Assembly (NCBI GenBank): GCA_963806635.1
Contig: CAWDZA010000015.1
Coordinates: 560,538 to 624,537 of the forward strand
Origin: an uncultured Chloroflexia bacterium
GTDB lineage: Bacteria > Chloroflexota > Anaerolineae > Anaerolineales > Anaerolineaceae
Direction: 5' to 3'
DNA: 64,000 nucleotides
Shown here: piece after piece, positions 39,425-50,166 of the stretch
Numbering within the stretch: position 1 is the stretch's first letter
How the letters are laid out: each line of letters starts with the position of its first letter
Made by a program: the position numbers and the translations under genes
Notes under the pieces: generated by a model
Seen by the model: only the letters and a program-made list of their open reading frames with translations
The model's database searches: none
Told to the model about the DNA's origin: nothing

Positions 39425-40018
39425 ATGTTGGAATGGGATAAACTTGCATCAAGGAAAATTGCCTTGAAATTAGCACTCAAATTCGGATTATTTTTCGGTT
39501 GTATCGCAGTCCTTATTACAGGTTGCCAGGCTGAGAAATTGAACGAATCAATTCCATCGGTTAATTCGACTCCAAGAGCAGAGGAAATCGATACCTATTT
39601 GACAAAGCAAGCACAAGCAACACCTTTACCGACGATGACTCGCGACCTGGAGCTGGAAAAGCAGCAAACTGAAATTGCTCAAAATCCGGAGTGGGTGCAT
39701 ATGGCGGCAACTGATCCGGTGAGCTTCAAAATGGATTCTGGAAAATATCAACTTGTTGAAAAAATGGCATTTTGGTGCGCGGAGTGCCGCGATCTAAACC
39801 CAATCCTGAAGTCCCTTGAAAGCGTATGGGGGGATAAGATCAATTTTATTTATCTGGATGTGGATGATCCCCTAAACGCGGAAAACCTGGATAAACTATC
39901 CAGATTGCGGGTTGTGCCTGAGGTTGTTCTTCTGGACGGAAGCGGTAAGGTGATCAAGGATTGGATCGGTCCTCCCAACAAAGAAGAGCTTGTTGCGTCA
40001 TTTCAAAATCTCCCTTAG
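39425..40018 (+). CDS. Thioredoxin-fold lipoprotein (TlpA/Sco-like thiol-disulfide oxidoreductase)
   Basis: Signal peptide plus lipobox LITGC. WCAECRD CxxC motif. Confidence 0.65.
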   Translation: MLEWDKLASRKIALKLALKFGLFFGCIAVLITGCQAEKLNESIPSVNSTPRAEEIDTYLTKQAQATPLPTMTRDLELEKQQTEIAQNPEWVHMAATDPVSFKMDSGKYQLVEKMAFWCAECRDLNPILKSLESVWGDKINFIYLDVDDPLNAENLDKLSRLRVVPEVVLLDGSGKVIKDWIGPPNKEELVASFQNLP

Positions 40019-40021
40019 AGT

Positions 40022-40077
40022 TTGACAAAACAGATAAATATTGTTATATTAAGCATACCCCCCCCGGTAGGGTGGGG
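40022..40077 (+). promoter_or_regulatory. Sigma-70-type promoter (TTGACA-17-TATATT) with a GC-tract pseudo-palindrome (putative CsoR operator) at +1, for csoR-copZ-copA
   Basis: TTGACA is at 40022-40027 and TATATT at 40045-40050. ATACCCCCCCGGTAGGGTGGGG is at approx. 40055-40077. Confidence 0.55.
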
Positions 40078-40092
40078 AAGAAATGGATTGAT

Positions 40093-40362
40093 ATGAAGTC
40101 TGAGGAAACTGTCGTTCGACTCCAGAATATTGAAGGGCATATCCGCGGCATCCAAAAGATGATTCAGGAGGATGCGTATTGTATTGATGTCATTCAGCAA
40201 ATTCAGGCAGTCCAGGCTGCACTCAATAAAGTGAACGGCATGATTCTGGAAAATCATCTGAATAGCTGTTTGATCACAGCGATCCGGGGCGACGACCCCA
40301 AAGAACGGGAAAGGGTTCTGAAAGAAATCACGGACGTATTCAACGCTTCACAAAAACGATAA
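40093..40362 (+). CDS. csoR: CsoR/RcnR-family copper-sensing repressor
   Basis: LQNIEGHIRGIQKMIQEDAYCIDVIQQIQAVQAALNKV. The track ORF is extended upstream; the true ATG is at 40093. Confidence 0.85.
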   Translation: MKSEETVVRLQNIEGHIRGIQKMIQEDAYCIDVIQQIQAVQAALNKVNGMILENHLNSCLITAIRGDDPKERERVLKEITDVFNASQKR

Positions 40363-40371
40363 GGAGAAAAA

Positions 40372-40578
40372 ATGGAAAAAATCACTTATAACGTACCTGG
40401 GATAAATTGCATGCATTGCGTGCACACGATCACAACCGAATTGGAAGAGGTTGATGGTGTAAAAAAGGTTACAGCAGATGCGGCCACAAAAGTGGTTACG
40501 GTTGAGTTTGATCCGCCGGCGACCGCTGAAAAAATCAAATCGCTGTTAGCTGAAATCAATTATCCGGTTGCCGCTTAA
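40372..40578 (+). CDS. copZ: Heavy-metal-associated copper chaperone
   Basis: GINCMHCVHTI HMA motif. AGGAG RBS. Confidence 0.85.
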   Translation: MEKITYNVPGINCMHCVHTITTELEEVDGVKKVTADAATKVVTVEFDPPATAEKIKSLLAEINYPVAA

Positions 40579-40651
40579 ACCCTTATCAATCCAATTGAAT
40601 AACGGATATTAAGAAGAGTTCGGATTTCAATGAACCCGTTTAAGGAAAAAA

Positions 40652-43078
40652 ATGGCTGAAACCAGGCAAATTATCCTTCCCATCACAGGGATGACCTGCG
40701 CTAATTGCGTTGCGACTGTGGAGCGCAATATTAAGAAGCTGCCAGGCGTGGAGCAGGTATCTGTCAACTTATCGTCCGAAAGGGCGACGGTCGAATATCA
40801 CCCGGAACAGGTGGGCTTGACCGAAGTGGTAAACAGGGTTCAAAAAGCCGGGTATGGCGTTGCCGAGGGGGAAGCCGAGTTGATCATAACGCGGCCGGTC
40901 GATTTTAATGATGCCCGGGTCATCGAGCGGTCACTGGGTGGGTGGGAAGGGATCCGTAACACCAGCGTCAATCTCGCAAACAGCAAGGTGACGATAAGCT
41001 ATATCCCCACGCTGGTGAACCAGGCGGAAATTCGACGGAAACTAGCCGAAGTAGGCTTTTCGGTGATGGAGCAGGTCGGCACTGACGTGGATGCGGAAGC
41101 ACTGGCACATGACCGTGATATTGCTCATCAGCGAAAACTGCTTATCACCGGTATCATTTTCACGGTACCGCTATTCCTTCTCTCCATGGCAAATGACCTC
41201 GGCTTGCTGCCTCCAACTGTTCAGCACGCCGGCTGGTTGAATTGGGTAATGCTTGCCCTGGCGACCCCAGTGCAGTTTTACGTGGGTAAGGATTATTACG
41301 TTGGCGCTTATAAGGCGTTACGCAATCGATCCGCCAATATGGACGTGCTCATTGCCCTCGGATCCTCTGTCGCTTATTTTTATTCAGTTGTAGTAACCCT
41401 TGGATTATTAAACAGCCATGTTTACTTTGAAACTTCGGCCATGATCATCACTTTGATCCGACTGGGCAAATACCTGGAGGCCAAGGCTAAAGGCCGCACC
41501 AGCGAAGCAGTTCAAAAATTGGTAAGTCTACAAGCAAGAAACGCACGTGTTTTGCGTGACGGTCAGGAAGTTGAGATAAAAACCGAAGAGGTCCTTATTG
41601 GCGATACCGTCCTGGTAAAACCAGGTGAAAAAGTGCCTGTGGATGGTGTAATTCTCAGCGGAAGAACCAGTTTGGATGAATCCATGCTCACCGGAGAATC
41701 CATACCGGTCGAAAAAGGCCAGGGCGACCAGGTAATTGGGTCCACCCTAAACAAATCCGGTTTCATTCAATTTGAAGCGACGAAGGTTGGGAAAGATACC
41801 ACCCTTTCACAAATCGTGAAATTGGTTGAGGAAGCCCAGGGGAGTAAAGCTCCCATTCAAAAACTGGCTGACCGGGTCTCCGAATATTTTGTTCCGGCAG
41901 TAATCCTCATTGCGCTGGGAACATTCCTTTATTGGTTTTTCCTGAAGCCCGCTGGTATGGCAGGTATGGAAAATTCCACGTTCACGAATGCGATCATAAA
42001 TATGGTTGCAGTGCTGGTCATCGCCTGTCCATGTGCCATGGGTTTGGCCACTCCCACTGCCATTATGGTCGGTACAGGGCGTGGCGCTGAGATGGGCATT
42101 CTCATCCGTTCCGGGGAAGCCCTGCAGGTGGCAGGCTCTGCGGATACTGTGGTTCTGGATAAAACCGGCACGATCACACGCGGACAGCCAAGCGTAACGG
42201 ATATTGTGATCTTGCAAAAGAAATATGATCCTGTAGATGTCTTACGATTCGCAGCCAGTGTGGAGAAGGGAAGCGAACACCCATTGGGGGAAGCGCTGGT
42301 CGCAGAAGCGGGAAATCGAAATCTTCGATTGAGCGCACCTGATGGATTCAAGAACATCGCTGGTATGGGAGTAAGCGCAGAGATTGACGGACATGCTGTG
42401 ATGGTGGGAAACAGTAAGTTTCTCGAAGAGTACATTGCGAAGGACGCTGAATCCGGGGATGTAATCCAAAGGTTGCGATCGGAAGCGAAAACCACGGTAT
42501 TGGTTGCTATTGATGGAGCGTTGGTTGGCGTGATCGGTATCGCGGATGAGGTCAAACCGGATTCCCACGAGGCGGTTTCAGAGCTTCAAAAAATGAATCT
42601 GGCGGTTGCCATGTTGACAGGCGATAACAAAGCTACCGCTTTGGAAATTGCCCGGAAGGTGAATATCATAGAGGTGATCTCTGACGTGCTGCCGGAAGGT
42701 AAAAATGAAGAGATCAAGAAAATCCAGCAACAGGATCGTCATGTGATCATGGTCGGGGATGGTATAAATGACGCCCCGGCACTGGCTCAGGCGGATGTGG
42801 GAATGGCGATCGGGACAGGCACTGAGGTTGCGATTGCTTCAGCCGGGATCACACTTATTAGTGGCAGCCTGAAAAGCGTAGCCCGGGCAGTGAAGCTTTC
42901 AAGAATGACGCTGCGGGTGATCAAAGAAAACCTCTTCTGGGCGTTTGTCTATAATATTATTTTAATCCCAGTGGCAGCAATGGGGCGATTGAACCCCATG
43001 CTTGCAGCCGCTGCAATGGCCTTCAGTAGTGTGTTCGTGGTATCGAACAGTCTTCGGCTTCGAAAAATGAAGTTATAA
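40652..43078 (+). CDS. copA: Copper-translocating P1B-type ATPase
   Basis: Two N-terminal HMA domains (GMTCANCV), [18 protein letters not shown]. Confidence 0.95.
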   Translation: MAETRQIILPITGMTCANCVATVERNIKKLPGVEQVSVNLSSERATVEYHPEQVGLTEVVNRVQKAGYGVAEGEAELIITRPVDFNDARVIERSLGGWEGIRNTSVNLANSKVTISYIPTLVNQAEIRRKLAEVGFSVMEQVGTDVDAEALAHDRDIAHQRKLLITGIIFTVPLFLLSMANDLGLLPPTVQHAGWLNWVMLALATPVQFYVGKDYYVGAYKALRNRSANMDVLIALGSSVAYFYSVVVTLGLLNSHVYFETSAMIITLIRLGKYLEAKAKGRTSEAVQKLVSLQARNARVLRDGQEVEIKTEEVLIGDTVLVKPGEKVPVDGVILSGRTSLDESMLTGESIPVEKGQGDQVIGSTLNKSGFIQFEATKVGKDTTLSQIVKLVEEAQGSKAPIQKLADRVSEYFVPAVILIALGTFLYWFFLKPAGMAGMENSTFTNAIINMVAVLVIACPCAMGLATPTAIMVGTGRGAEMGILIRSGEALQVAGSADTVVLDKTGTITRGQPSVTDIVILQKKYDPVDVLRFAASVEKGSEHPLGEALVAEAGNRNLRLSAPDGFKNIAGMGVSAEIDGHAVMVGNSKFLEEYIAKDAESGDVIQRLRSEAKTTVLVAIDGALVGVIGIADEVKPDSHEAVSELQKMNLAVAMLTGDNKATALEIARKVNIIEVISDVLPEGKNEEIKKIQQQDRHVIMVGDGINDAPALAQADVGMAIGTGTEVAIASAGITLISGSLKSVARAVKLSRMTLRVIKENLFWAFVYNIILIPVAAMGRLNPMLAAAAMAFSSVFVVSNSLRLRKMKL

Positions 43079-43096
43079 AGAATTGTGTCAAATATC

Positions 43097-43123
43097 AAAG
43101 CCACCACGAGTGGCTTTTATTTT
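43097..43123 (+). terminator. Rho-independent terminator after copA
   Basis: AAAGCCAC-cacga-GTGGCTTT followed by TATTTT. Confidence 0.6.
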
Positions 43124-43173
43124 GTAAAAAACCAACATGGTAAAATAATTCATCACAAATTCTCGAGGCAAAC

Positions 43174-45174
43174 ATGGATACATTGCAGGATAAGGCCATC
43201 AATACCATTCGATTCCTAGCTGCGGATGGCGTCCAACGCGCGAATTCAGGTCATCCCGGGCTACCCATGGGCGCGGCGGCGATGGCATACACCATCTGGA
43301 CCCGACACCTGCATTTCAATCCTAATAACCCAAAATGGTTCAACCGGGATCGATTCGTCCTTTCCGGGGGGCATGGCTCCATGCTTCTTTACAGCCTCCT
43401 ACACTTATTCGGATATGAAGTATCCATTGATGATCTAATGCGATTTCGGCAATTGGATAGCATCACCCCCGGACATCCAGAATATGGGCTGACCCCCGGG
43501 GTCGAGATTACCACAGGTCCCCTGGGGCAGGGCTTTGCCAGCGGGGTTGGGATGGCTGTTGCGGAAGCACAACTGGCAGCCCAATATAACCGCCCTGAAT
43601 ACAACCTTGTGGATCACTATGTTTTTGCGATCGTGACGGATGGGGACTTGATGGAAGGTGTGGCATCCGAGGCGGCATCTTTCGCCGGACACCAAAAATT
43701 GGGAAAACTGATATACCTTTACGACGATAATCGGATTTCAATTGATGGCTCCACCGACCTGGCATTCACCGAAGACCGAAAAGCCCGATTCGACGCGTAT
43801 GGATGGCATACCCTGGTTTTGGCCGATGGCAATGATGTGGTAGCCATTGACGCAGCCATTAATGACGCTAAAAACGATCCCCGACCTTCCTTGATCCTGT
43901 GCAGGACCCATATTGGATACGGACTTCCCACCCGCCAGGATACTGCCAAAGCTCATGGCGAACCACCTGGCGAAGACGAGCTGAACGGGGCAAAAGAAAA
44001 GTTAGGTTGGCCGCTCGAGCCGAAATTTTTTATTCCTGAGGATGTGCGGAAATTCTACGAGACATATAAAGAGAAGGGTCTAAAGCTTGAAGATACCTGG
44101 GAAAAACTAAAAGCAACATATACTAAAAAATTTCCCACAGAAGCTGCCGAGTTTGAGCGCCGGATTTCAGGATCGCTGCCTCTAAATTGGGATCAATCGT
44201 TGCCCAGTTTTCCTGCGGATGAAAAGGGAATAGCTACCCGGGTTGCCTCCGGCAAGAGCATAAATGCGCTGGCTAAGGTCCTTTCGGAATTGACGGGCGG
44301 ATCAGCAGATCTCGCGCCTTCCAACAATACCTGGATCCAGGATAGCCCTGCGTTTCAGAAAGACGCCGAATCAGGTCGTAACTTCCATTTCGGGGTGCGG
44401 GAGCACGGGATGGGCGCGATCGTGAATGGAATGGCGGTGCACGGCGGGTTGATCCCCTATGGAGCAACCTTCCTGGTTTTTTCGGATTACATGCGGGGTG
44501 CGATACGCTTATCGGCTTTATCGCACATCCCCAGCATATGGGTGTTTACCCATGATAGTATCGGATTGGGGGAAGACGGTCCAACCCACCAGCCGGTGGA
44601 ACACCTGGCAGCACTTCGGGCTATACCTAACCTGACCGTGATTCGCCCCTGTGACGCGAATGAAACAGCGGAGGCCTGGCGGTTTGCGATTCTGAATCGG
44701 AAGAATCCCACTGCTTTATTGCTTACGCGGCAAGCTTGCCCGATATTCGACCGGACGCAATTTTCGGGCGCCTCGCTATTAGCAAAAGGCGCCTACGTCC
44801 TGGCAGATCTGGGACCGCAAGAACCCGAAATCATTTTCATGGCTTCCGGATCCGAGGTTGGATTGGTCATGGCCGCTGGCAGATACCTTTCCGAACAGGG
44901 TATTTCAACCCGAATTGTTTCCTTCCCAAGTTGGGATCTATTTGAAAAAACGGGATCTGATTATCAGGAATCTGTTTTCCCAAAAAACCTGAAAGCCCGC
45001 CTGGCTGTGGAAGCCGGAGTCGCCCAGGGTTGGGAAAAATATACCGGCGATTCAGGAAGAATTTTATGTATGCATGGATTTGGTGCATCCGCCCCATTTC
45101 AGCAGCTATTCAACCGATTTGGCTTTACTGTTGAGAACATTGTCCTAAATGCCAGGGAAATCCTTTCAAAATAG
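43174..45174 (+). CDS. tkt: Transketolase
   Basis: GHPG...GPLGQG, ThDP motif GDGDLMEG. Confidence 0.95.
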   Translation: MDTLQDKAINTIRFLAADGVQRANSGHPGLPMGAAAMAYTIWTRHLHFNPNNPKWFNRDRFVLSGGHGSMLLYSLLHLFGYEVSIDDLMRFRQLDSITPGHPEYGLTPGVEITTGPLGQGFASGVGMAVAEAQLAAQYNRPEYNLVDHYVFAIVTDGDLMEGVASEAASFAGHQKLGKLIYLYDDNRISIDGSTDLAFTEDRKARFDAYGWHTLVLADGNDVVAIDAAINDAKNDPRPSLILCRTHIGYGLPTRQDTAKAHGEPPGEDELNGAKEKLGWPLEPKFFIPEDVRKFYETYKEKGLKLEDTWEKLKATYTKKFPTEAAEFERRISGSLPLNWDQSLPSFPADEKGIATRVASGKSINALAKVLSELTGGSADLAPSNNTWIQDSPAFQKDAESGRNFHFGVREHGMGAIVNGMAVHGGLIPYGATFLVFSDYMRGAIRLSALSHIPSIWVFTHDSIGLGEDGPTHQPVEHLAALRAIPNLTVIRPCDANETAEAWRFAILNRKNPTALLLTRQACPIFDRTQFSGASLLAKGAYVLADLGPQEPEIIFMASGSEVGLVMAAGRYLSEQGISTRIVSFPSWDLFEKTGSDYQESVFPKNLKARLAVEAGVAQGWEKYTGDSGRILCMHGFGASAPFQQLFNRFGFTVENIVLNAREILSK

Positions 45175-45186
45175 ATAGGCGAAACT

Positions 45187-45633
45187 ATGCGCGTAGCAAT
45201 AGCTTGTGATCATGCAGGGTATCCTTTGAAGAAAAGGATCGTGGAAAAGTTAATGGAAATGAACCAGGTAGTCATTGACCTGGGCACTGACAGCCAGCTT
45301 CCGGTTGATTTCCCGGATTTTGCCGAGAAAGCTGGACGTGCGATTCAATCTGGTGAGGCGGATCGGGCTATTGTTGTTTGTGGTTCAGGGGTGGGGGCAT
45401 CCATCGCGACTAACAAACTTAAAATGGTGTACGCTGGATTGTGTCATGATACCTATTCTGCGCACCAGGGGGTTGAGCACGACAAGATGAATACGCTATG
45501 CCTCGGTGCGCGAGTGATTGGCGAGGAACTCGCGGTGGAGATTGTGGAAGCTTTCATAAAGGCAGAATTCATCGATGATGATCGGTTCGTTCGAAGAACC
45601 AAAAAAATCAAAAGGTTGGAAGAAATCGGATAA
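45187..45633 (+). CDS. rpiB: Ribose-5-phosphate isomerase B
   Basis: MRVAIACDHAGYPLK...VCGSGVG. Confidence 0.9.
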   Translation: MRVAIACDHAGYPLKKRIVEKLMEMNQVVIDLGTDSQLPVDFPDFAEKAGRAIQSGEADRAIVVCGSGVGASIATNKLKMVYAGLCHDTYSAHQGVEHDKMNTLCLGARVIGEELAVEIVEAFIKAEFIDDDRFVRRTKKIKRLEEIG

Positions 45634-45637
45634 AGTT

Positions 45638-48412
45638 ATGAACCCCCTTCAGAAGCTCAATAAATTTGGCCAATCCGTCTGGTATGACAATATCCAGCGA
45701 AAATTGATCCGCTCTGGAGAATTGGCGGAAATGATCGAGAAGGGGGAAATTCGAGGAATCACTTCCAATCCCTCGATTTTCAATGCAGCGATTAGCAAAT
45801 CCGCGGATTACGATGCCAGTCTGCAGCCGCTTGCCTGGGCAGGCTGGACGCCGGAAGCGATTTTCTGGCAAATGGCTGTAGATGATATCAAATCGGTGGC
45901 TCAGCTTTTCGATGTCGTATATCTGGAAACCGAAAAAACCGATGGATACGTCAGCCTGGAAGTAAACCCGCTGCTGGCTTATGACAGCGAAAAGACGCTT
46001 GCCGATGCTAAAACGCTCTGGAAAAGGGTTTCTGCACCGAACTTGATGATTAAGATCCCAGCTACAAAAGAGGGGGTGGCAGCGATACGGAAAGCCACCG
46101 CTGCCGGGATCAATGTGAACGCGACGCTGATCTTTTCACTCGACCGCTACGCAGAGGTGATCGACGCTTATCTGGGCGGTCTGGAAGACCGGTTAAAAGA
46201 AGGCGAGAGCATCGACGAAATTTCCTCGGTGGCATCATTTTTTGTATCGCGCGTGGATACAAAAATTGACGGTTTTCTGCAGCGCATGGTGAATGCCGGT
46301 GAGATAGAAGCGGGGGATGCCAAGAAACTACAGGGAAAAGCCGCAGTGGCTAACGCCCGGCTTGCTTACCAGCTATTCTCAGACACACTGCAATCATCCA
46401 GGTTCAAAGCATTGCAACAAAAAGGTGGAAGAACGCAGCGACCATTATGGGCATCCACCGGCACCAAGAATCCCAATTACACCGATGTGGTTTATATCGA
46501 GGAGTTGATTGGAAAAGATTCTGTCAATACCATTCCTCCCGCTACTTTGGCAGCATTTCGTGACCATGGCAAGGTGGAAAAGCGAATTGATACGGACCTT
46601 CACAAGGCTGAGGAAGTCATTGGGGATCTGGCCGAGATCGGCATCGAAATGAGCGTGGTAACCAGCCAGTTGGAAGTGGAAGGCGTACAGGCATTTTCAG
46701 ATGCCTACAAAGAGCTCATCGGAAGCATCCAGGCGAGGGTTCTGGATTACCAAAAAGGGATACGGTCGCTCGAGAAACTCTATCAGGCATCCCTTGGGAG
46801 GATGCTGGATCGAAAGATCATTGAAAGCCTGTATTCAAGCGATCCGGATCCCTGGGTAAAGGAAGACTCTGGAAAGGATGAGTTCAGGAATCGTACGGGT
46901 TGGTTGAAAGCACCTGAAAATAGCCATCGACTTCTCAAAGAATACGCTGAATATCTTGAAGAATTATTAAAAGGTGGATTTCAAAAAGTACTGGTTATCG
47001 GTATGGGTGGTTCCTCATTGGCGCCCGAAGTATTCAGTATGTTACAACATCACATGAACGGGGAAAAGCGGGAAGGATTATCTCTGGGAATTTTGGATTC
47101 CACGGATCCCGAGTCCGTTCAAAAAGCAACCAAGGAATATCCGGTCAAGAAAACACTCTACATTATCTCCAGTAAATCCGGTTCTACAGCCGAGATCAAC
47201 GCAAATTTTCAATATTTTTGGAAAAAAGCTGAAGAAGCCTTCGGTGAAAAGGCTGGCAGCCGGTTTGCGGCCATCACGGATCCTGGAACCGCGTTGGAAG
47301 ATTTGGCGCGGCAAAGAAAATTCAGCCATATTTTCCACGGCGATCCCACGGTGGGAGGAAGATTTTCTGCTCTAACCGCATTTGGACTGGTACCAGCAGC
47401 GCTTATGGGCTGGGATGTTTCTGAGATGCTTACCCAGGCGTCCGCAATGATGGAAACCTGTAGCCCTGGACAAGGCGGCGAGAAAAATCCCGGTCTTGCG
47501 CTTGGAACTTTGATCGGAACTGCAGCCAGCGCGGGCAGGGACAAGTTGACCCTGATCTTGGATACCGAGATCGAAAGTCTCGGCTCCTGGCTGGAACAAC
47601 TTCTGGCTGAGAGTACGGGAAAAATGGGGAAAGGTATTCTACCCATCGACCTTGAACCGGAGATACATCCACTTAAATATGGAAATGACCGCCTTTTTGT
47701 ATATATCCGTTTGAATGGCAGAAAAGATCATAGGGTGGAGGATCTGGTGAGCGCGGGGCATCCATGTGTCACTATTCCCATGGAAGGAATTCAATCCGTG
47801 GGTGCTGAAATGTATCGCTGGGAAGTGGCGACTACGATCGCCTGTGCTGTGCTCGAAATAAACCCCTTTGATCAGCCGGATGTGCAGGAATCCAAGCTCA
47901 TTACAAAACGAATGATCAAAGAATATAAAGAAACTGGATCTTTACCCCGAGAAAGTGCGATCTGGCAATCGCTTGGCATCGAGGTTCACGGAAAAGGGAC
48001 TACGATACATGGGAAGAACCTGCAAGAGGTTATTTGGGATTTTCTTTCCGGGGCCAAAAAGGGAAGTTACGTCTCGATAAATGCATTTTTCCCGCGAGAC
48101 GATAGAATGTTGGATGAGTTTCAGTCTTTTCGAAAAAAGGTATTGGAAAAAACCGGATTGGCAGTAACCTTGGGTTTCGGGCCGCGATTCCTGCATTCCA
48201 CTGGACAATTTCACAAAGGGGGTCCGAATTCAGGATATTTTCTTGTTTTTACAAGACCGATTGACGACGATATCGAAGTGCCTGGAGAAGGGATATCCTT
48301 TGGAGTACTCGAAAGTGCTCAGGCATTGGGAGATTATGAAGCGCTTAAAGAGAAGGGGAGAAAAGTCCTTCAAATCCAAATATCCTCAAATAAGTTGAAG
48401 GACCTTTTATGA
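45638..48412 (+). CDS. Bifunctional transaldolase / glucose-6-phosphate isomerase fusion
   Basis: N-terminal transaldolase (GQSVWYDNI...ITSNPSIF, Schiff-base Lys region). C-terminal PGI domain. ATG at 45638. The track ORF extends into rpiB. Confidence 0.9.
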   Translation: MNPLQKLNKFGQSVWYDNIQRKLIRSGELAEMIEKGEIRGITSNPSIFNAAISKSADYDASLQPLAWAGWTPEAIFWQMAVDDIKSVAQLFDVVYLETEKTDGYVSLEVNPLLAYDSEKTLADAKTLWKRVSAPNLMIKIPATKEGVAAIRKATAAGINVNATLIFSLDRYAEVIDAYLGGLEDRLKEGESIDEISSVASFFVSRVDTKIDGFLQRMVNAGEIEAGDAKKLQGKAAVANARLAYQLFSDTLQSSRFKALQQKGGRTQRPLWASTGTKNPNYTDVVYIEELIGKDSVNTIPPATLAAFRDHGKVEKRIDTDLHKAEEVIGDLAEIGIEMSVVTSQLEVEGVQAFSDAYKELIGSIQARVLDYQKGIRSLEKLYQASLGRMLDRKIIESLYSSDPDPWVKEDSGKDEFRNRTGWLKAPENSHRLLKEYAEYLEELLKGGFQKVLVIGMGGSSLAPEVFSMLQHHMNGEKREGLSLGILDSTDPESVQKATKEYPVKKTLYIISSKSGSTAEINANFQYFWKKAEEAFGEKAGSRFAAITDPGTALEDLARQRKFSHIFHGDPTVGGRFSALTAFGLVPAALMGWDVSEMLTQASAMMETCSPGQGGEKNPGLALGTLIGTAASAGRDKLTLILDTEIESLGSWLEQLLAESTGKMGKGILPIDLEPEIHPLKYGNDRLFVYIRLNGRKDHRVEDLVSAGHPCVTIPMEGIQSVGAEMYRWEVATTIACAVLEINPFDQPDVQESKLITKRMIKEYKETGSLPRESAIWQSLGIEVHGKGTTIHGKNLQEVIWDFLSGAKKGSYVSINAFFPRDDRMLDEFQSFRKKVLEKTGLAVTLGFGPRFLHSTGQFHKGGPNSGYFLVFTRPIDDDIEVPGEGISFGVLESAQALGDYEALKEKGRKVLQIQISSNKLKDLL

Positions 48413-48771
48413 GGGATAGGATTGAAGAATTTGTCTCAGACCGCATACGGCTGAATTCGCGGATAAAAGATCTGCATCACTTGGGTATTAACCGATATTT
48501 CAACCTCGATCAGGCAGCTTACCAGGACAGTGCCCTGCCTGCGAAGACCAAAGAATTGCTCGGTTTGGTGGCATCCATGGTGCTGCGTTGCAATGATTGC
48601 ATCGATTACCACATCCTTCAATGCGTGGAAGCTGGCTGGAGCGATGCCGAGATAGTCGAAGCTTTCAACGTGAGTCTGGTAGTCGGTGGCAGCATTGTGA
48701 TACCGCATTTGCGCCATGCAGTAGAATCCCTGGATATTATCCGGGAAAGAGTGAAAACCAAAGATAATTAG
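48409..48771 (+). CDS. Carboxymuconolactone decarboxylase / AhpD-like family protein
   Basis: CNDCIDYHILQCVEAGWSDAEI. ATGA overlap with the preceding gene. Confidence 0.75.
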   Translation: MRDRIEEFVSDRIRLNSRIKDLHHLGINRYFNLDQAAYQDSALPAKTKELLGLVASMVLRCNDCIDYHILQCVEAGWSDAEIVEAFNVSLVVGGSIVIPHLRHAVESLDIIRERVKTKDN

Positions 48772-48772
48772 A

Positions 48773-49672
48773 TCACAGTTCAGGGGGGTGGATCGCAAGC
48801 GCGAGCGATCCGAGTACGCCTGCTTGCTTTCGCAGGACCGGGGCAACAATATAACCATCGATTCCAGATGTAATTGCGTCTGAGACCACATAACCATTCA
48901 GCGATTCTTTCACAAGCAAGCGAATCTTTGGCAGAAGCGAGAGTTGCTGCATGACACCACCCCCCAGGATGATTCGCTGAGGACTGAGGATTGTGATGAT
49001 GGAATGCAACGCCCTGGCGATATATCTGGCTTCCAGATCCCAGGCAGGGTGACTGGAAGGCAATTCTTCGGGTTTAATCCCCCAACGGGCTTGAATTGAA
49101 GGACCATTTGCCAAACCTTCAAAACAATCCGAATGATATGGGCAAACTCCGGAGAAAGGATCCTCTTTCTCATCATGATCGACAATACAATGACCCATTT
49201 CCGGATGAACCAACCCATGGATGGGCAATCCATTGATAATAGCTCCTCCACCAATCCCTGTACCGATGGTGAAATATACCAAAGAACCTAGGTTCCGACC
49301 CGCTCCCCAGAGATATTCTCCATAAGCCGCCGCGTTAACGTCTGTATCGATGGTGCAGGCGCAATTCAATTGGTCTCGCAGAAATCCGGGTATGTCAGTA
49401 TTCGGCCAGCCAGTTTTTGGCGTTGAAGTGATATGTCCATAAGCTGGGGATAAAGGGTTAAGATCAAGCGGACCAAAACTTCCGATCCCGATACTTTTTA
49501 TCGTAAGCTTTAATTCTTTTGATTTTTCCTGAAAAAATTGCACGACTTTTGGAAGAGTCTCGGTTGGAAAAAGAGTTTCTATACGTTGTTCGGCGATCAG
49601 ATTTCCGGCTGCGTCACCTATTCCGCAGATGAATTTTGTCCCGCCAGCTTCAACAGCGCCAAAATGTTCCAT
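48773..49672 (-). CDS. ROK-family sugar kinase (fructokinase/glucokinase-like)
   Basis: AGGTKFICGIG, ROK Zn motif region CxCGxxGCxE-like (GHC...C). Confidence 0.75.
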   Translation of the reverse strand: MEHFGAVEAGGTKFICGIGDAAGNLIAEQRIETLFPTETLPKVVQFFQEKSKELKLTIKSIGIGSFGPLDLNPLSPAYGHITSTPKTGWPNTDIPGFLRDQLNCACTIDTDVNAAAYGEYLWGAGRNLGSLVYFTIGTGIGGGAIINGLPIHGLVHPEMGHCIVDHDEKEDPFSGVCPYHSDCFEGLANGPSIQARWGIKPEELPSSHPAWDLEARYIARALHSIITILSPQRIILGGGVMQQLSLLPKIRLLVKESLNGYVVSDAITSGIDGYIVAPVLRKQAGVLGSLALAIHPPEL

Positions 49673-49730
49673 AGGTCCTCAAAAATTGTGAATGTGATGA
49701 AATAGAATATCATGATTTTGAATATTTCCC

Positions 49731-49769
49731 AAGAAAAAATCACCAGCCTGAAAGAAAAGCGAGCTGGTG
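49731..49769 (-). terminator. Rho-independent terminator downstream of sufT on the minus strand
   Basis: TCACCAGC-loop-GCTGGTGA is an 8-bp stem followed on the minus strand by TTTTTTCTT. Confidence 0.6.
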
Positions 49770-49810
49770 AAATTCGATAACGTTCTCTAATCGATAAATC
49801 TATGATTAAT

Positions 49811-50161
49811 CTAGCCGTATAAACCCCACTCAGGTGGTGCGCCATCTTCCATCATGGAAAAGTCCCAGGGATCAAAGGATAGATCCATGTGCGTTTCCCG
49901 CTGAAGGATCTCCTCTGCTTTCAAACGAGTCTCTTCCAGCATCTCGGGACCATAAGGACAAAATGGGGTGGTGAGGATCATTTTCAGGACGGCATTTTCC
50001 TCGGTGATAAGCACGTTGCGAATCAGGCCTAATTGAATAATATCGTACCCAAGCTCTGGGTCTTTCACTTCCCGCATCGCATCGCGAAGGCGATCGCAAA
50101 GCTCTGGATACTCGGATTGTGCATCCCATATCAAACGATTGACCGCAGGATTTTCACTCAT
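49811..50161 (-). CDS. sufT: DUF59 / SufT-like Fe-S assembly protein
   Basis: DPELGYDIIQLGLIRNV...TTPFCPYGP. ATG at 50161 with GGGAGGTG upstream. The track start is an overlapping GTG. Confidence 0.75.
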   Translation of the reverse strand: MSENPAVNRLIWDAQSEYPELCDRLRDAMREVKDPELGYDIIQLGLIRNVLITEENAVLKMILTTPFCPYGPEMLEETRLKAEEILQRETHMDLSFDPWDFSMMEDGAPPEWGLYG

Positions 50162-50166
50162 TATTT

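Noticed and set aside
39961-40092. Upstream extension of the csoR ORF in the track
   Set aside because: The extension would overlap the preceding gene's C-terminus and run through the promoter/operator. An ATG with GGGGAAG upstream at 40093 gives the canonical approx. 89-aa CsoR.
45575-45637. N-terminal extension of tal/pgi overlapping rpiB
   Set aside because: The ATG at 45638 directly follows the rpiB stop and yields a typical transaldolase N-terminus.
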